DNA of 64,000 nt from Octopus sinensis (GCF_006345805.1 NC_043001.1:12462001-12526000); one strand, 5' to 3'. Numbered from the stretch's first letter, positions 11,440-22,925 are shown. The notes: generated by a model not told the origin, from the sequence alone. Program-made: numbers and translations.

Positions 11440-11647
11440 CTTTGACCTCGTGTGTACCATTGGCGATTTTTTTCCCCTCTGTCTTCTCTTCTCTGGATCC
11501 TTCCTTTTCCTATGTTTCCGACGAAGAGCTCCGCTCGAAACGTTAAACCCTCCTTCTTTCCTTCTTTCCTGAGCGTCCAATAACACTATCCTTGTTCCAC
11601 GTCCTCGCGTTGTTGTGTTTTTTTTGTGCTTTCTTGTTTGGATTAAC
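11440..11647 (+). mobile_element. Penelope-like terminal fragment inserted in the 3' LTR
   Basis: Absent from the 5' LTR; shares GAAGAGC..GCTCGAAACGTTAAA with 49160-49342. Confidence 0.65.
11514..11548 (+). ncRNA. Minimal type I hammerhead-ribozyme-like motif
   Basis: Stem I GTTT/AAAC, core CCGACGA (U4C variant) plus an extra A, stem II GAGC-tcc-GCTC, GAAA, palindromic CG helix III, GUU cleavage triplet. Confidence 0.55.
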
Positions 11648-12594
11648 TTTATATCAATACACATCTAAAATCCTACGTGTTTTTGTTGTTTTATTCTCGC
11701 TGTTGCCTTTCTCTGACTCGTAACAATATATACATGCCTGCGTGTTTGTGTGTGTGTGTGTATGTGGTGTGTGTCTATAAATATGAATATGTATGCAAGT
11801 ATATATATATATATTGTTATATTTCGGAATGGTCATATTGCCAGTTTAGCCAATAAAAACACACGCACTATATGTTTGGTGTTATTTTGCTTCAGTGTTA
11901 TTTATTTTTTACATTAATCTTATTCTTATTTCGGCCAGAGTTCTTTCGTCACACTCCTGTGACCGCATCAGTGCTCCTTTGTTTTCTTCTTTCTTATTTG
12001 TGTCTATCCTTACTAACCGTCAGCCATTTTGTATTTCTATTGTATGTCTTCATTTGCGCATGCTTATATCTCTATGTTCGTCTATGTTTATTTAGTGTGT
12101 GTATATGGGGGGATGCCTGTAATATTGTTATCTTCTGTTTATATAGGTTCATGTAATTTGTATTTTGTTTTTGTTGTTTTTGTTTATTCTTATTTTGTAC
12201 ATGTTTTTACATCCATTTATTATTATCATTACATATGCTTGTATGTATGTATGTATAGCAACAATACTAGTAATAATAATAATATATCGAATCGAAAAAC
12301 ATTTTTTAAAAAATGTATATATATATATATATAGTTATTATTTCTATTTGTTTATTTATCTGTGTATTTATTATGTTTTCGGGATCCTCTATCGTCATAT
12401 GTTGTGGTGTGTATATATACACACATACAGCGTTGGCCAAATGTCACTCGACTGTAAATTAAAATTCCATAAATACTAACTGTAAATCTGTATTGACTTG
12501 AATAGAAAAATGTGTCGCTGATGGAGGACCTCAGTTTCAACAATTTTAATGATGTTTCATATTTAGATCCTTTTGTTAAATACATTCATTTCTT

Positions 12595-13150
12595 AAACTA
12601 AATGAGATGGTGTGGCCATTTTGGTCGAATAATGGATGAACGCACACCCAAACAGCTGTAATATGGTGAGCTTGTAGAGGGGAGACGCTATCGATGAAGA
12701 ATGCAGTGAAAGAGTTTGAAGAGGCCATGCTAACGCAAGACTCAATAAAGATTTAAAGAAGAATGCTACGATGAAGAAGTTGAATTACAACGACCTTTTT
12801 GTGTGCACAGTTTGTGACAGACCATACCTTTCTTTTGCAGGGCTCAAATCTCGTTTGTGAACCCATGAAAAACGAACTTCTACCAACTATTCTGCCTGTA
12901 TGTCTGTGTACACCTTTCAATGCAAAGTATACCAGGTCTGCAAATCTAACGGATGCTTCAATAGACATTTTAAGAGACACAAAGATCAGAACTTAACTGC
13001 AGCTCTTAGTGGTCCAAATCGGATATGCAATTTATGTGGTTGTCTTTTCAAAACGTTGTCTGGTTCAGGAAGGCACATCAGATGCCATGATGGTTCTAAT
13101 GTGTAGGTACAAGATTTGGTCAGATCTGCAAAGGGAGTAGGCAATCATAT
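12595..13150 (+). mobile_element. RTE-clade LINE 3' fragment with C2H2-like fingers
   Basis: RWCGHFGRIMDERTPKQL*YGEL; FVCTVCDRPYLSFAGLKSRL*TH; two further CxxC..HxxxH-like motifs. Confidence 0.8.
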
Positions 13151-13493
13151 ATATATATATGAATAGATGTACATATGAATTTATAGGTATAGACACGCGC
13201 TTGTGTGAGTGACATTAACTAAAATTTACAAGAACTTAGAGTTTCACTTTTGATTAAAGCACCAGCTAGTTCGGGACAGTATATTTCACTAGAGTTCAGT
13301 TATATTAAGCATGTCTGGGTGCGACGCCATCACACCCCATTGTCTTATTACATAAGGCATGCCATCCATTCGTTAGCAAGTCGCTGGAACAATTTATGTA
13401 ATTTAATTGTTTTATATATATATATATACGCGCAGGAGTGGCTGTATGGTAAGTAGCTTATATATATTATATATATATATAATATATATATAT

Positions 13494-13843
13494 ATAGGCG
13501 CAGGAGTGGCTGTGTGGTAAGTAGCTGCTTACCAACCACATGGTTCCGGATTCAGTCCCACTGCGTGGCATCTTGGGTAAGTGTCTTCTGCTATAGCCCA
13601 GGGCCGACCAATGCCTTGTAGTGGATTTGGTAGACGGAAACTGAAAAAGCCTGTCGTGTATAATTGTGTGTGTTTGTGTCTGTGTTTGTCCCCCTATTGC
13701 TTGACAACCGATGCTGTGTTTACGACCCGTCATTAGCGGTTCGGCAAAGAGGCCTATAGAATAAGTACTGGGCTTACAAAGAATTAGTCCTGGGGTCATT
13801 TGCTCAACTAAAGGCGGTAGGGCCGCAGTAATGATAAACGAGT

Positions 13844-13846
<3 letters not shown>
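13494..13846 (+). mobile_element. SINE family B (extra head fragment at 13429-13459)
   Basis: ATAGGCGCAGGAGTGGCTGTGTGG head and conserved body. Confidence 0.9.
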
Positions 13847-13888
<42 letters not shown>

Positions 13889-14899
13889 ATGATCATCATT
13901 ATTTCAATTTGTGACAAGCACAATTATACGTAACGTGTCTATTATGAATTTAAAGTAAAGCATATATTATTTTGTAATTGCTGATGGAATGAATGAAGAA
14001 TCAGTAAGTGCGTACAATTTGTATAGAAGTTGATATAGAAAAAAAATATTCCAAGGCCGCTGGAATTCATAGAGTGTTAAACAATGACGGTATGCAAATT
14101 AGGAACACCTTCATAGAGTAACTGCTGCATTTTATGAATATATAAACAGTTTATCTACTTGTTTCTCTGGAAGCTGTCAGGATGTTGTAGATGCCTCTGA
14201 TGAGAAAGCAATGAGGTTCGAAAGTCGGTTAAGGTTGCTCATCGTATTTTTTTCAGTCTGCAGAGGAAATAGCTAAAACTTACCCTGCTTGTAATTATGC
14301 CATATATTACATGTAGACGAAAACGGACTTGAAACCTCAACATTCATTCATTTGTTAAAAATTAACGATTTGAATAATATTCAAAGTTAAAATATTAGGA
14401 AAACAAACTCTAATGCCATTAGAGGAAAAATTATCAGAGGAGATTTCTTATATCCAATCTATTTGTGTCTTGTCTGTTTTGATTGACACATTCCCCAAGC
14501 AAATATTTCAAATTAATTTGGACAAGCTCTAGGCCATTCTAATACACTTAAATTATGTAGAAGTGAGCGTTTAAACATCACGAATTTTCTAAATGTTGTT
14601 TACAAATTTAGCACAAGTGACACGGTACTTATTGGATTTACAAATCTCCCAAAAGCAATAAGAGATTTAGAAAATAGATGCACAAGTGTAAAAGATGAAA
14701 ACGGAATTCACATGAGACAACTACATTACACTTTAGATATTTACGCAAGAAGCAATATTTTCATCAAAATATTTTGAAAGCAAATCGGTGTGAAGAGCAT
14801 AGATAACTATTTGAAAAATAATTTTTTTTTCAAGAAGTTAGACAGCAATATGTGGTTCCTCACCCAACGAAAATGCTATGGCCATTTATTTAAAGCATA

Positions 14900-15355
14900 A
14901 TTTTATGAACAGGGTTACTTTCTTACACAGAAACCCTGAACATTATGAATAAATTTTTTTACATATATCCTCAGGTCAGTTCGCTATATTTGTACCAGAC
15001 AAATGAAATTCCCTTTATTCATGTCTGCGAAGAATCTGATACACTTTCTTTTCTTTTTGTACACACCATGATTAAAAGCAAGACACATACCATCATGAAT
15101 GGCATATCGGATGGAATCAAAATGTCTTCCATTATAGAGATGCACATCAAATGCTAATATGAGATTATTGTCGACTTGTAATAAGAAGGTGGTAAGTCAA
15201 TATTTAAGATGCAATTCGTTGACATTTTGGACTGTAACAAATGTTGGTATGAGAGGCGAAACACCTTCAATTGGCGGAATAGTTACAAGTCATTTTCTCG
15301 ACGCTCCAAGCATTCTGAAAATCTACCACAATAATTTCATCAGGATTAATGAATA
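14900..15355 (-). pseudogene. Possible highly decayed MULE-type transposase
   Basis: NPDEIIVVDFQNA..EG..QNVNELHL..LILAFDV..HNVQGF has spacing similar to MULE (P..I..DFE.A..GCFFH..KIQELGL..ALAF..NN.VEG); needs frameshifts. Confidence 0.3.
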
Positions 15356-15369
15356 GCAACATTAATCAT

Positions 15370-15672
15370 GTGGAAACTCATGGCTTAGTGGTTAGAGCCG
15401 CGGACTCGCTGTCGAAGGATCGCGCGTTCGAATCTCAGACCGGGCGATGTGCGTGTTTATGAGCGAAACACCTAAGCTCCACGCGGCTCCGGCAGAAGGT
15501 AATAGCGAACTTCTGCTGACTCTTTTGCCACAACTTTCTCTCACTCTTTCCTCCTGCATCTTGCAGCTCACCTGCGACGGACCGGTGTCTCATCCAGGTG
15601 GGGAACCTATACGCCAAGGAAACGGGGAAACCGGCCCTTATGAGCCAGGCATGGCTTGAGAAGGAACAAAAA
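15370..15672 (+). mobile_element. SINE working family E (family C-like head and body, different tail)
   Basis: 12-bp TSD AACATTAATCAT at 15358-15369 and 15673-15684. Confidence 0.9.
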
Positions 15673-15736
15673 AACATTAATCATAATGATATATATATAT
15701 ATCAACGTCTTCTGTAATATTCGTTTCGAATATTGG

Positions 15737-15910
15737 CACAAGACAAAAATTTTTATGGGAGTAGGAGACAATTATATTGACCCCTGTAATCAACAGATAT
15801 GTATTTTATGAACTCTGAAATGTTGAAAACCAGATTTGGCCTCGGCAGAGTTTGAACTAAGGATGTGAAGACAGACGGTGTGCTAACGGTTTGACCAGCA
15901 CGCCACCTTA
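15737..15910 (-). mobile_element. Old, diverged SINE family A-like copy
   Basis: TTTGAACT..CACGCCACCTT end resembles 57012-57225 and 24-260. Confidence 0.55.
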
Positions 15911-16000
15911 ACTCTTCCGTGATATAAACCGCAATTACGATCGCATTTTATGAGTAATTTGAGAGGAAACTATAATAAAAATACGGCAGCTGCTGCCTAT

Positions 16001-16391
16001 GGCACTGGAAGCACTCCGTCGGTTACGACGATGAGGGTTCCGGTTGATCCGAATCAATGGAACAGCCTGCTCGTGAAATTAACGTGTAAGTGGCTGAGCA
16101 CTCCACAGACACGTGTACCCTTAACGTAGTTCTCGGGGATATTCAGCGTGACACAGGGAGTGACAAAGCCGGTCCTTTGAAATACAGGTACAATAGAAAC
16201 AGGAAGTAAGAATGAGAGAAAGTCGTGGTGAAAGAGTACAGCAGGCATCACCACCATTCCCTGCCGGAGCCTCGTGGAGCTTTCAGGTGTTTTCGCTCAA
16301 TAAACACTCACAACGCCCGGTCTGGGAATCGAAACCGCGATCCTATGACGCGAGTCTGCTGCCCTAACCAGTGGGCCATTGCGCCTCCACG
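16001..16391 (-). mobile_element. SINE family C
   Basis: 12-bp TSD GCTGCTGCCTAT at 15989-16000 and 16392-16403. Confidence 0.95.
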
Positions 16392-16502
16392 GCTGCTGCC
16401 TATAATATATGAACGTCATTGATTCAAATACGTAAATTACACATTTCAATTGACGTATTTTACTTTTAAAATCGTTATCCTGTTAGATGTAATTGCTTTA
16501 TT

Positions 16503-16891
16503 GTGGAGGCGCAATGACCCAGTGGTTAGGGCAGCGGACTCGCGGTCATAGGATCGCGGTTTCAATTCCCAGACCGGGCGTTGTGAGTGTTTATTGAGCG
16601 AAAACACCTAAAAGCACCACGAGGCTCCGGCAGGGGATGGTGGTAATCCCTGCTGTACTCTTTCACCACAACTTTCTCTCACTCTTACTTCCTGTTTCTG
16701 TTGTACCTGTATTTCAAAGGGCCAGACTTGTCACTCTCTGTGTCACGCTGAATATCCCCGAGAATTACGTTAAGGGTACACGTGTCTGTGGAGTGCTCAG
16801 CCACTTACAGGTTAATTTCACGAGCAGGCTGTTCCGTTGATTCGGATCAACCGGAACCCTAATCGTCGTAACCGACGGAGTGCTTCCATCC
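16503..16891 (+). mobile_element. SINE family C
   Basis: 12-bp TSD AATTGCTTTATT at 16491-16502 and 16892-16903. Confidence 0.95.
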
Positions 16892-17303
16892 AATTGCTTT
16901 ATTAATCTGAGTTGTAGTCCACTTAAGTCAACTTAGCATTCTTTCCCTTATCGATGAAATCAATTCCTAGACAAATTTATTATCATCAGACACCATTATA
17001 TTTTCCATTGTTTGAACGTTTACGCATGTTTCTAGTCCGTCTCTCACAACCTCTGCTTCTTTGTACGAAGAGAGGGAAAGTGTTTACAGCAATCGGGTTC
17101 AATTAATAAAATGTAATGTTTCTCCTCCCCCCCTCACACTTTTTTTTACACTATGTATATATTTCTGCGTATGTGCGTATTTGCGACCATAATCAAAACA
17201 GGCCGTACCATTTCTTAAAAGTTCGAACAGCTTCACCTGATTGCTTCATTCCGACAGCTGTTAGAAGTAAATTTCATTTGTTCCCTTATATCGATCAGTA
17301 GTG

Positions 17304-17720
17304 AAGGCGGTGAGCTGGCAGACTCGTTACCGCGCCGGGCGAAATGCTTAGCGGCATTTCGTCTGTATTTACGTTCTGAGTTCAAATTCCGCCGAGGTCG
17401 ACTTTGCCTTTCATCCTTTCGGGGTCGATAAATTAAGTACCAGTTACGCACTGGGGTCGATGTAATCGACTTAATACCTATGTCTGTCCTTGTTTGTCTC
17501 CTCTGTGTTTAGCCTCTTGTGGGTAATAAAGAAATATGTATTTCGTCTGTATTTACGTTCTGAGTTCAAATTCCGCCGAGGTCGACTTTGCATTCATCTT
17601 TTCGGGGTCGATAAATAAAGTACCAGTTTCGCACTGCGGTCGATGCAATTAACTTAATCACTTTGTCTGTACTTGTTTGTCCCCTCTATGTTTAGCCTCT
17701 TGTGGGCATTAAATAAATAT
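17304..17720 (+). mobile_element. SINE family A, full copy plus tandem 5'-truncated second copy
   Basis: The body from ATTTCGTCTGTATTTACG restarts at about 17540; ATATC(G/T)ATCAGTAGTG at 17288 and 17721. Confidence 0.92.
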
Positions 17721-17736
17721 ATATCTATCAGTAGTG

Positions 17737-18060
17737 AAGGCCCGTGACTTAGTGGTTAGGGCATTCGGCTCATGATTCTAAGATCGTGAGGTCAATTCTC
17801 GGTGATGCGTTGTGTCCTTGAGCAAAACACTTTATTTCACGTTGCTCCAGTCTACTCGGCTGGCAAAAATGAGTTGTACCTGTATTTCAAAGGGCCGGCC
17901 TTGTCACACACTGTGTCACGCTGAATCTCCCTGGGGAACTACGTTAGGGGTACACGTGTCTGTGGAATGTTCAGTCACTTGCACGGTAATTTTACGAGCA
18001 GGCTGTTCCGTTGATCGTATCAACTGGGACCCTCGTCGTCGTAACCGACGGAGTGCTCCT
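17737..18060 (+). mobile_element. SINE family D, intact CORE-like segment
   Basis: TGTGTCCTTGAGCAAAACACTTTATTTCAC; tail shared with family C. Confidence 0.92.
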
Positions 18061-18142
18061 ATCGGTCAGTAAAATCGCGAGATGAATTGACAAAGTCTTA
18101 CAGAGCATCATAAAATAAAAATTCCTTATAATACTTTCACAG

Positions 18143-18187
18143 ATACAAATAGCAATAAAACTGAATCTGTCCATACGTTTATAAATG
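18143..18187 (+). CDS. Candidate 45-nt phase 1-1 exon of an unknown gene ((D)TNSNKTESVHTFIN)
   Basis: TTCCTTATAATACTTTCACAG | exon | G-GTGAGT; open frame; splice motifs only, no homology. Confidence 0.2.
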
Positions 18188-18834
18188 GTGAGTATTCGCT
18201 GTAGGTTATATACGCAGTATTTAAAATATATAAAAAAAGCGAATATATATTAGAATTATTCTAAATAAAATAAATCAGTCAAGATTATCCGAATGATATG
18301 AAATCTTATAATTCAGCTGGTTTCACGAACGCTTATTTAATATTTTCGTCTATACACAAAATCATGTAAATCGACCAAACGGATATTTGTGATAAGAAAA
18401 AAAAGTACATAATATTAATATCGATTAATAATTCAGTAAATCAGTAACTAATACAGCTTAAACAAAATATCATTTTCTGATACGTATTACAAAATTTAGG
18501 AAGATAAAAATATTATCAGGTGTTTTTCCAATGTTTTTCTGTTGTATCATATGTAAATCGGTAGATTGTTAAGTTAACAGAAAAGCAAAGAACATTTACT
18601 CAGCTTCTATTCTCAGAAACATATTCAAATAAATGTGATAAGATCTGGAGAAAGCAGATTAAATTGTGAATACTATGATATGCAAAATTGTTACAATTAA
18701 GACGTTCTTTTCCAAAACATAACTAGCATTTTAATATGTTCGCTTTTGACACTAACCCTATATTTCTCCGTGAATAATGTTCTCTGTTTCCTTCACACTC
18801 ACACTCTCTACCTAACTAACTATATGTATATATA

Positions 18835-18885
<51 letters not shown>

Positions 18886-19479
18886 TACATATATATGCAT
18901 GTATGCGTGTGTGTGATAATGTGCTAGTGCAGCCTTATGAATGATGTATTTCCAATATGTATATTGCGCAATTTATTGTTCCACTGTACGTGAAACAAAA
19001 CAGATTCCTTTAATAATGTACTCGTGCAATGTTTATTCCAACTGAATAACAACTGGTGGCATTGATAAATATATGAATTCCTATAAAATTGAGATAAATA
19101 TTCCGACGGTGTATTTCCGCTGCTAAAATCGGAAGTATGCCAACAGAAGGAAGGAATATATATATATAATATTTTAGTAGGGAAACACATGTGGTGGATA
19201 TGTATAGAGAAAGGGAAAAAAGGAAATAACACAAGATTTGTTTTACATTATCTAAGAGTATATTAAAGCCATGATAATAAAGATATACAGTTTTGTACAA
19301 AATAAGATTTGTTCTTTCAACACAAGGACACCACTTTTGCATTGCTCAAGAAACTGAGAGTTGAAAGAGATACATTGCCAAGGTAAAAGAAAACATTTCT
19401 TCATGAGATAATTGTTCATTCATTTAGTTTGCAATGCAGGGGAGGTAAGCCTGTAATTTTAATTTTCGTTTTGTTTTTT

Positions 19480-20760
19480 TCTGTTCACTACTTTATTTCT
19501 GGGGTAAGTTCTGTATTTTTAATATGGGTTCATATTTAATTCTGGTTTATATTTTTGGATAAGTGGGGCTTCTTTATTCAGTTTTGCTAGTATTGAGATC
19601 CAGAAGGCAAGTTGATAAAATGGGAAAATTACGAATTGTGAGTGTAATCGTTCTGTTCATTCGTCACTGTGTTGACTGATGTATGTTTGGCGATATTGTG
19701 GGGAGGAAATTTGTTGCCCCTGGACTGTACATCTCCTTCGGATCGAAATTTCCATGGACTCAAAATAGTTTCGATGGCGTCAGATTAAGTAAATCAGGTT
19801 TTAGGAGGACCGAGTGAAGTTACATTTAATTTTGAATATTTGTCTTCCAGCAGATTGGGACATGTTCCGCAATTAGGGCGACCACACTTTACGACTTTTG
19901 CGTCCGTTGTTGCATAGAATATTTTGGCATTGGCGAGAATTTTCTTCAATGTCTTAGGCTGTTTGCTTCTCTTACTGATTTTACGGTTCTGTAGAATTAC
20001 CTTAAGTCTGGCTTCCCTATGAAGTATTGGAAGACTTTGGATGATGATAGTGAATGCTTCTTTGCTTCTGGGGTTTTATGTGGAGATATAAGGTAGTGCT
20101 TTGCGGGTAGATAGATTGCTGTGTTTTAATAGTATTCGATTTTGACTTGCAGTATCGCCCGGCGTTGTTCGGGTTTGTAAGGGAATTAACTATATAAGCA
20201 TTTTTAGAGATGTAAAGTATAATTGCCATCTCAATATGGCTAACCACAAAGGGGGATGTTACTGTAGCTTTTTACGTTCTGAGATTTAATGATAAATTTT
20301 TAGAGAGTTACTTCCCTTATATAATAGCAAAAAATGCATTAAAATGGAAAAAAAATGATGGTAATTCTTTTTTAAATCGTAGACTCATCGTAGACGAGCG
20401 CTAATACCCAGAAGGGCTCGATAGAAATCACGTCTATAAGATACCCGGTTTTGGTTAAACTGCACCGCAAAATGTGTTAGTAGTTAGGAATCTAAATCGT
20501 AGGAGACAGACACACAACTTCACTTTTATATATAAAGATTTGAGTTGGGTGTCCTAGAGTATATTTCTAAGTTCTGTCCTGGATTATATTTCTAAGCTCT
20601 TGCAATCTTAGTTCTCTGGAATTCTTTCGGATGCTCTGGTGCAAATGCTTCTTGCAAGGTTGAAAGGGGCATTTGTTTTGATAAATCTCGGATGACATAA
20701 GCTAAATAATAGATAGTGTTTCACATCTATGGTTTTGTAAAACAAAATGTCTGTTTCTAT
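19480..20760 (-). mobile_element. Penelope-like element fragment (RT thumb to GIY-YIG linker), split by a Helitron
   Basis: CHPRFIKTNAPFNLARSIC; LPYIST*NPRS..QPKTLKKIL..KCGRPNCGTCP. Confidence 0.8.
20146..20538 (-). mobile_element. Non-autonomous Helitron
   Basis: Minus strand starts (A)TCTTTATATATAAAAGTGAAGTTG and ends with the hairpin CCCGAACAACGCCGGG then ..CTGCAAG(T) (CTAG mutated). Confidence 0.75.
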
Positions 20761-22075
20761 ATAGCAATTTATCTCTCTCAGCTCTGTTTTATGAGCAATG
20801 CGAAACCGAACCTTCAATTATGTTGAAAGAAGAAAAGCTTATTTTGTACGAAATTGTATATCTTGGTTACCATGCCTCTAATATAGTGTTAAAATTACAG
20901 ACTTACTTCCCCTTTACTGCAAAACAAATGATTGAACAATTGTCTCTCAGTCATATTTTTTCCCCTAGCAATTTATCTCTTTCAGCTCTCAGTTCGAGGA
21001 GCAGAGAAACCGGTCCTCACTTCAATTATGTTAAAATAGCAAAACTTTATATTGTACAGAAATGTATATCTTTATTAACATGGCATTCATATACACTTAA
21101 ATCCTGTAAAATAAATCTGTGTTTTTTCCTCTTTTCACTTTCTCACTGTCTCTGTTTCTCTCTCTCTCTAACTTTATATATATATATGTATGTATATACA
21201 GACACACAAACACACACACTTGTATATATATGTTTATATATATATATGTGTGTGTGTGTATACATGTATATGCATATATACACATATACTTATATAAATA
21301 TACTTATAGTCATATATAAATGTATGCATATATATATATATAATACATTATATTCTAACTCACGCATTCACACCAAGAATCTTGTTAATGATGTACAAAA
21401 GCGAAGCCTAATATGATATATATATTAGATATTTTTGATTTTATGCTGAGTTAAAGTAAAAACAATTTTCGTTTTTTAGAGTGAATATTGATTATATTTT
21501 AGCAGAAGAGTTTTGAGAGTTACAATAAATTTACGGCCTGCTAGGAATCAGCTTAGCAGAACATAACTTACCACACTTATTGAAAACCATAATATCCATA
21601 ACAACAGGCACACACACACATGCACACAGACACACTCACACACACGCAGACACACTCACGCACACAAAAACCACACACACACACACACACACACAGATAT
21701 TCTGCTCTATCGGTCATTCATTACAGTACGTGTCTGTGTTCGGAGTGTCTTTGCACAGGGGTCATCCGGACTCCCGCTTCATTGTGAACAGGAATTAATC
21801 TTTCCTCTCCGCTCTTTTGTGAGAAATGGACTCAACTCCCCTCTCCTCTTCCTCTGACTCCCATCCTCTCCTCTCTTCATCTGACACCTACTTCCTCTTT
21901 TCACTCCGACCCACCCTCTCCGTCCATTGATACCCCCTCCATACACACTCAACCGCTACCCCCACAACTCCACCCTACATGGTCATTCCACATCCACAAC
22001 ACTCCCTCACATCCCCATACCTCACACCACAGCACACCATTCCACAGTACACCACTCCACGGTACTCCATACTTA

Positions 22076-22106
<31 letters not shown>

Positions 22107-22110
<4 letters not shown>

Positions 22111-22281
22111 GTGTAGGAGTGGTTGTGTGGTAAGTAGCTTCCTTACCAACCACATGGTTCTGGATTTAGTCCCACTGCATTCCACGTTGGGCAAATGTCT
22201 TCTACTATAGCCTCGGGCCATCCAAAGCCTTGTGAGTGGATTTGGTAGACGGAAACTGAAATCGCCCGTCGTATATATGTA

Positions 22282-22336
<55 letters not shown>

Positions 22337-22602
22337 ATATATATATAATATATATATATATATGTATGCGTGTGTGCGTGTGTGTGTGTGCGCGCGCGCA
22401 TGCGTGTAAGTATGTGCGTGTTTTTCAACATCGCTTAAAACCGATGCTGGTGTGTTTACGTCCGCATAAATTAGCAGTTCGGCAAAAGACACCGATAGAA
22501 TAAGTACTAGGCATACAAAGAATAAGTACTGGGGTCGATTAATTCAACTAAAGTCGGTGCTCCTGCATGGCCGCAGTCAAATGACTGAAACAAGCAAAAG
22601 AG
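22107..22602 (+). mobile_element. SINE family B with expanded internal (TATC)n/(TA)n/(TG)n tract
   Basis: Conserved head, body and tail. Confidence 0.9.
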
Positions 22603-22925
22603 TATATATATATATACATACATATGCGATGAACAGACGAGCACATGAGTTCAATAAGGTATCTCATAGAAACTGTTTAACAAATTTTACGTCAGCCAAA
22701 GGTGTTAAATGTATGAATATAATTTCATTAGGTGTCATAATTTTCGTTGAATAACTTTGGCCTGTTCATTGACAGTTTCATTATAAAATATGAAATATTT
22801 TGACACTTGCTGAAATATACGTAAGTTTTAAATGAATTAAATAGGGTTGCCTTTATATCTATCAATCTATGTATCGATCGATATATCTATATATGTATCA
22901 ATCTTTATACCACGCTACTTATATG

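Larger units (their letters stand above)
5998..11725 (+). mobile_element. Decayed Ty3/Gypsy LTR retrotransposon, Gmr1-like (SCAN-Gag), internally deleted
   Basis: Two homologous LTRs; the 3' LTR has TGTTACG..CGTAACA ends; ATAT on both flanks (5994-5997, 11726-11729); tRNA-Pro PBS; PPT; gag and protease relics. Confidence 0.9.
10694..11725 (+). repeat. 3' LTR
   Basis: TGTTACG...CGTAACA perfect 7-bp inverted ends; homologous to 5998-7461. Confidence 0.9.
19207..21145. repeat. Diverged inverted arms (19207-19462 versus 20888-21145) plus a partial third copy at 20762-20887
   Basis: For example CCATGATAATAAAGATATACAG..GGGGAGGTAAGCCTGTAATTTTAA on + recurs on - as CCATGTTAATAAAGATATACAT..GGGGAAGTAAGTCTGTAATTTTAA. 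Confidence 0.85.

Noticed and set aside
14205-14250. CTGATGA..CGAAA hammerhead-like core
   Set aside because: Stem II has only 3 bp and stems I and III pair poorly.
16503-16580. tRNA-like sequences with A and B boxes at SINE heads
   Set aside because: Each continues into a multi-copy SINE body with TSDs, so these are SINE heads and not tRNA genes.
19270-19360. C/D-box snoRNA-like ATGATAA..CTGA
   Set aside because: The C box is not kept in the two paralogous copies at 20762-21145, and there is no terminal stem.
21720-22075. Strongly C-rich strand-biased tract
   Set aside because: No regular repeat unit, telomeric motif or coding signal; probably the tail of an unidentified retroelement.
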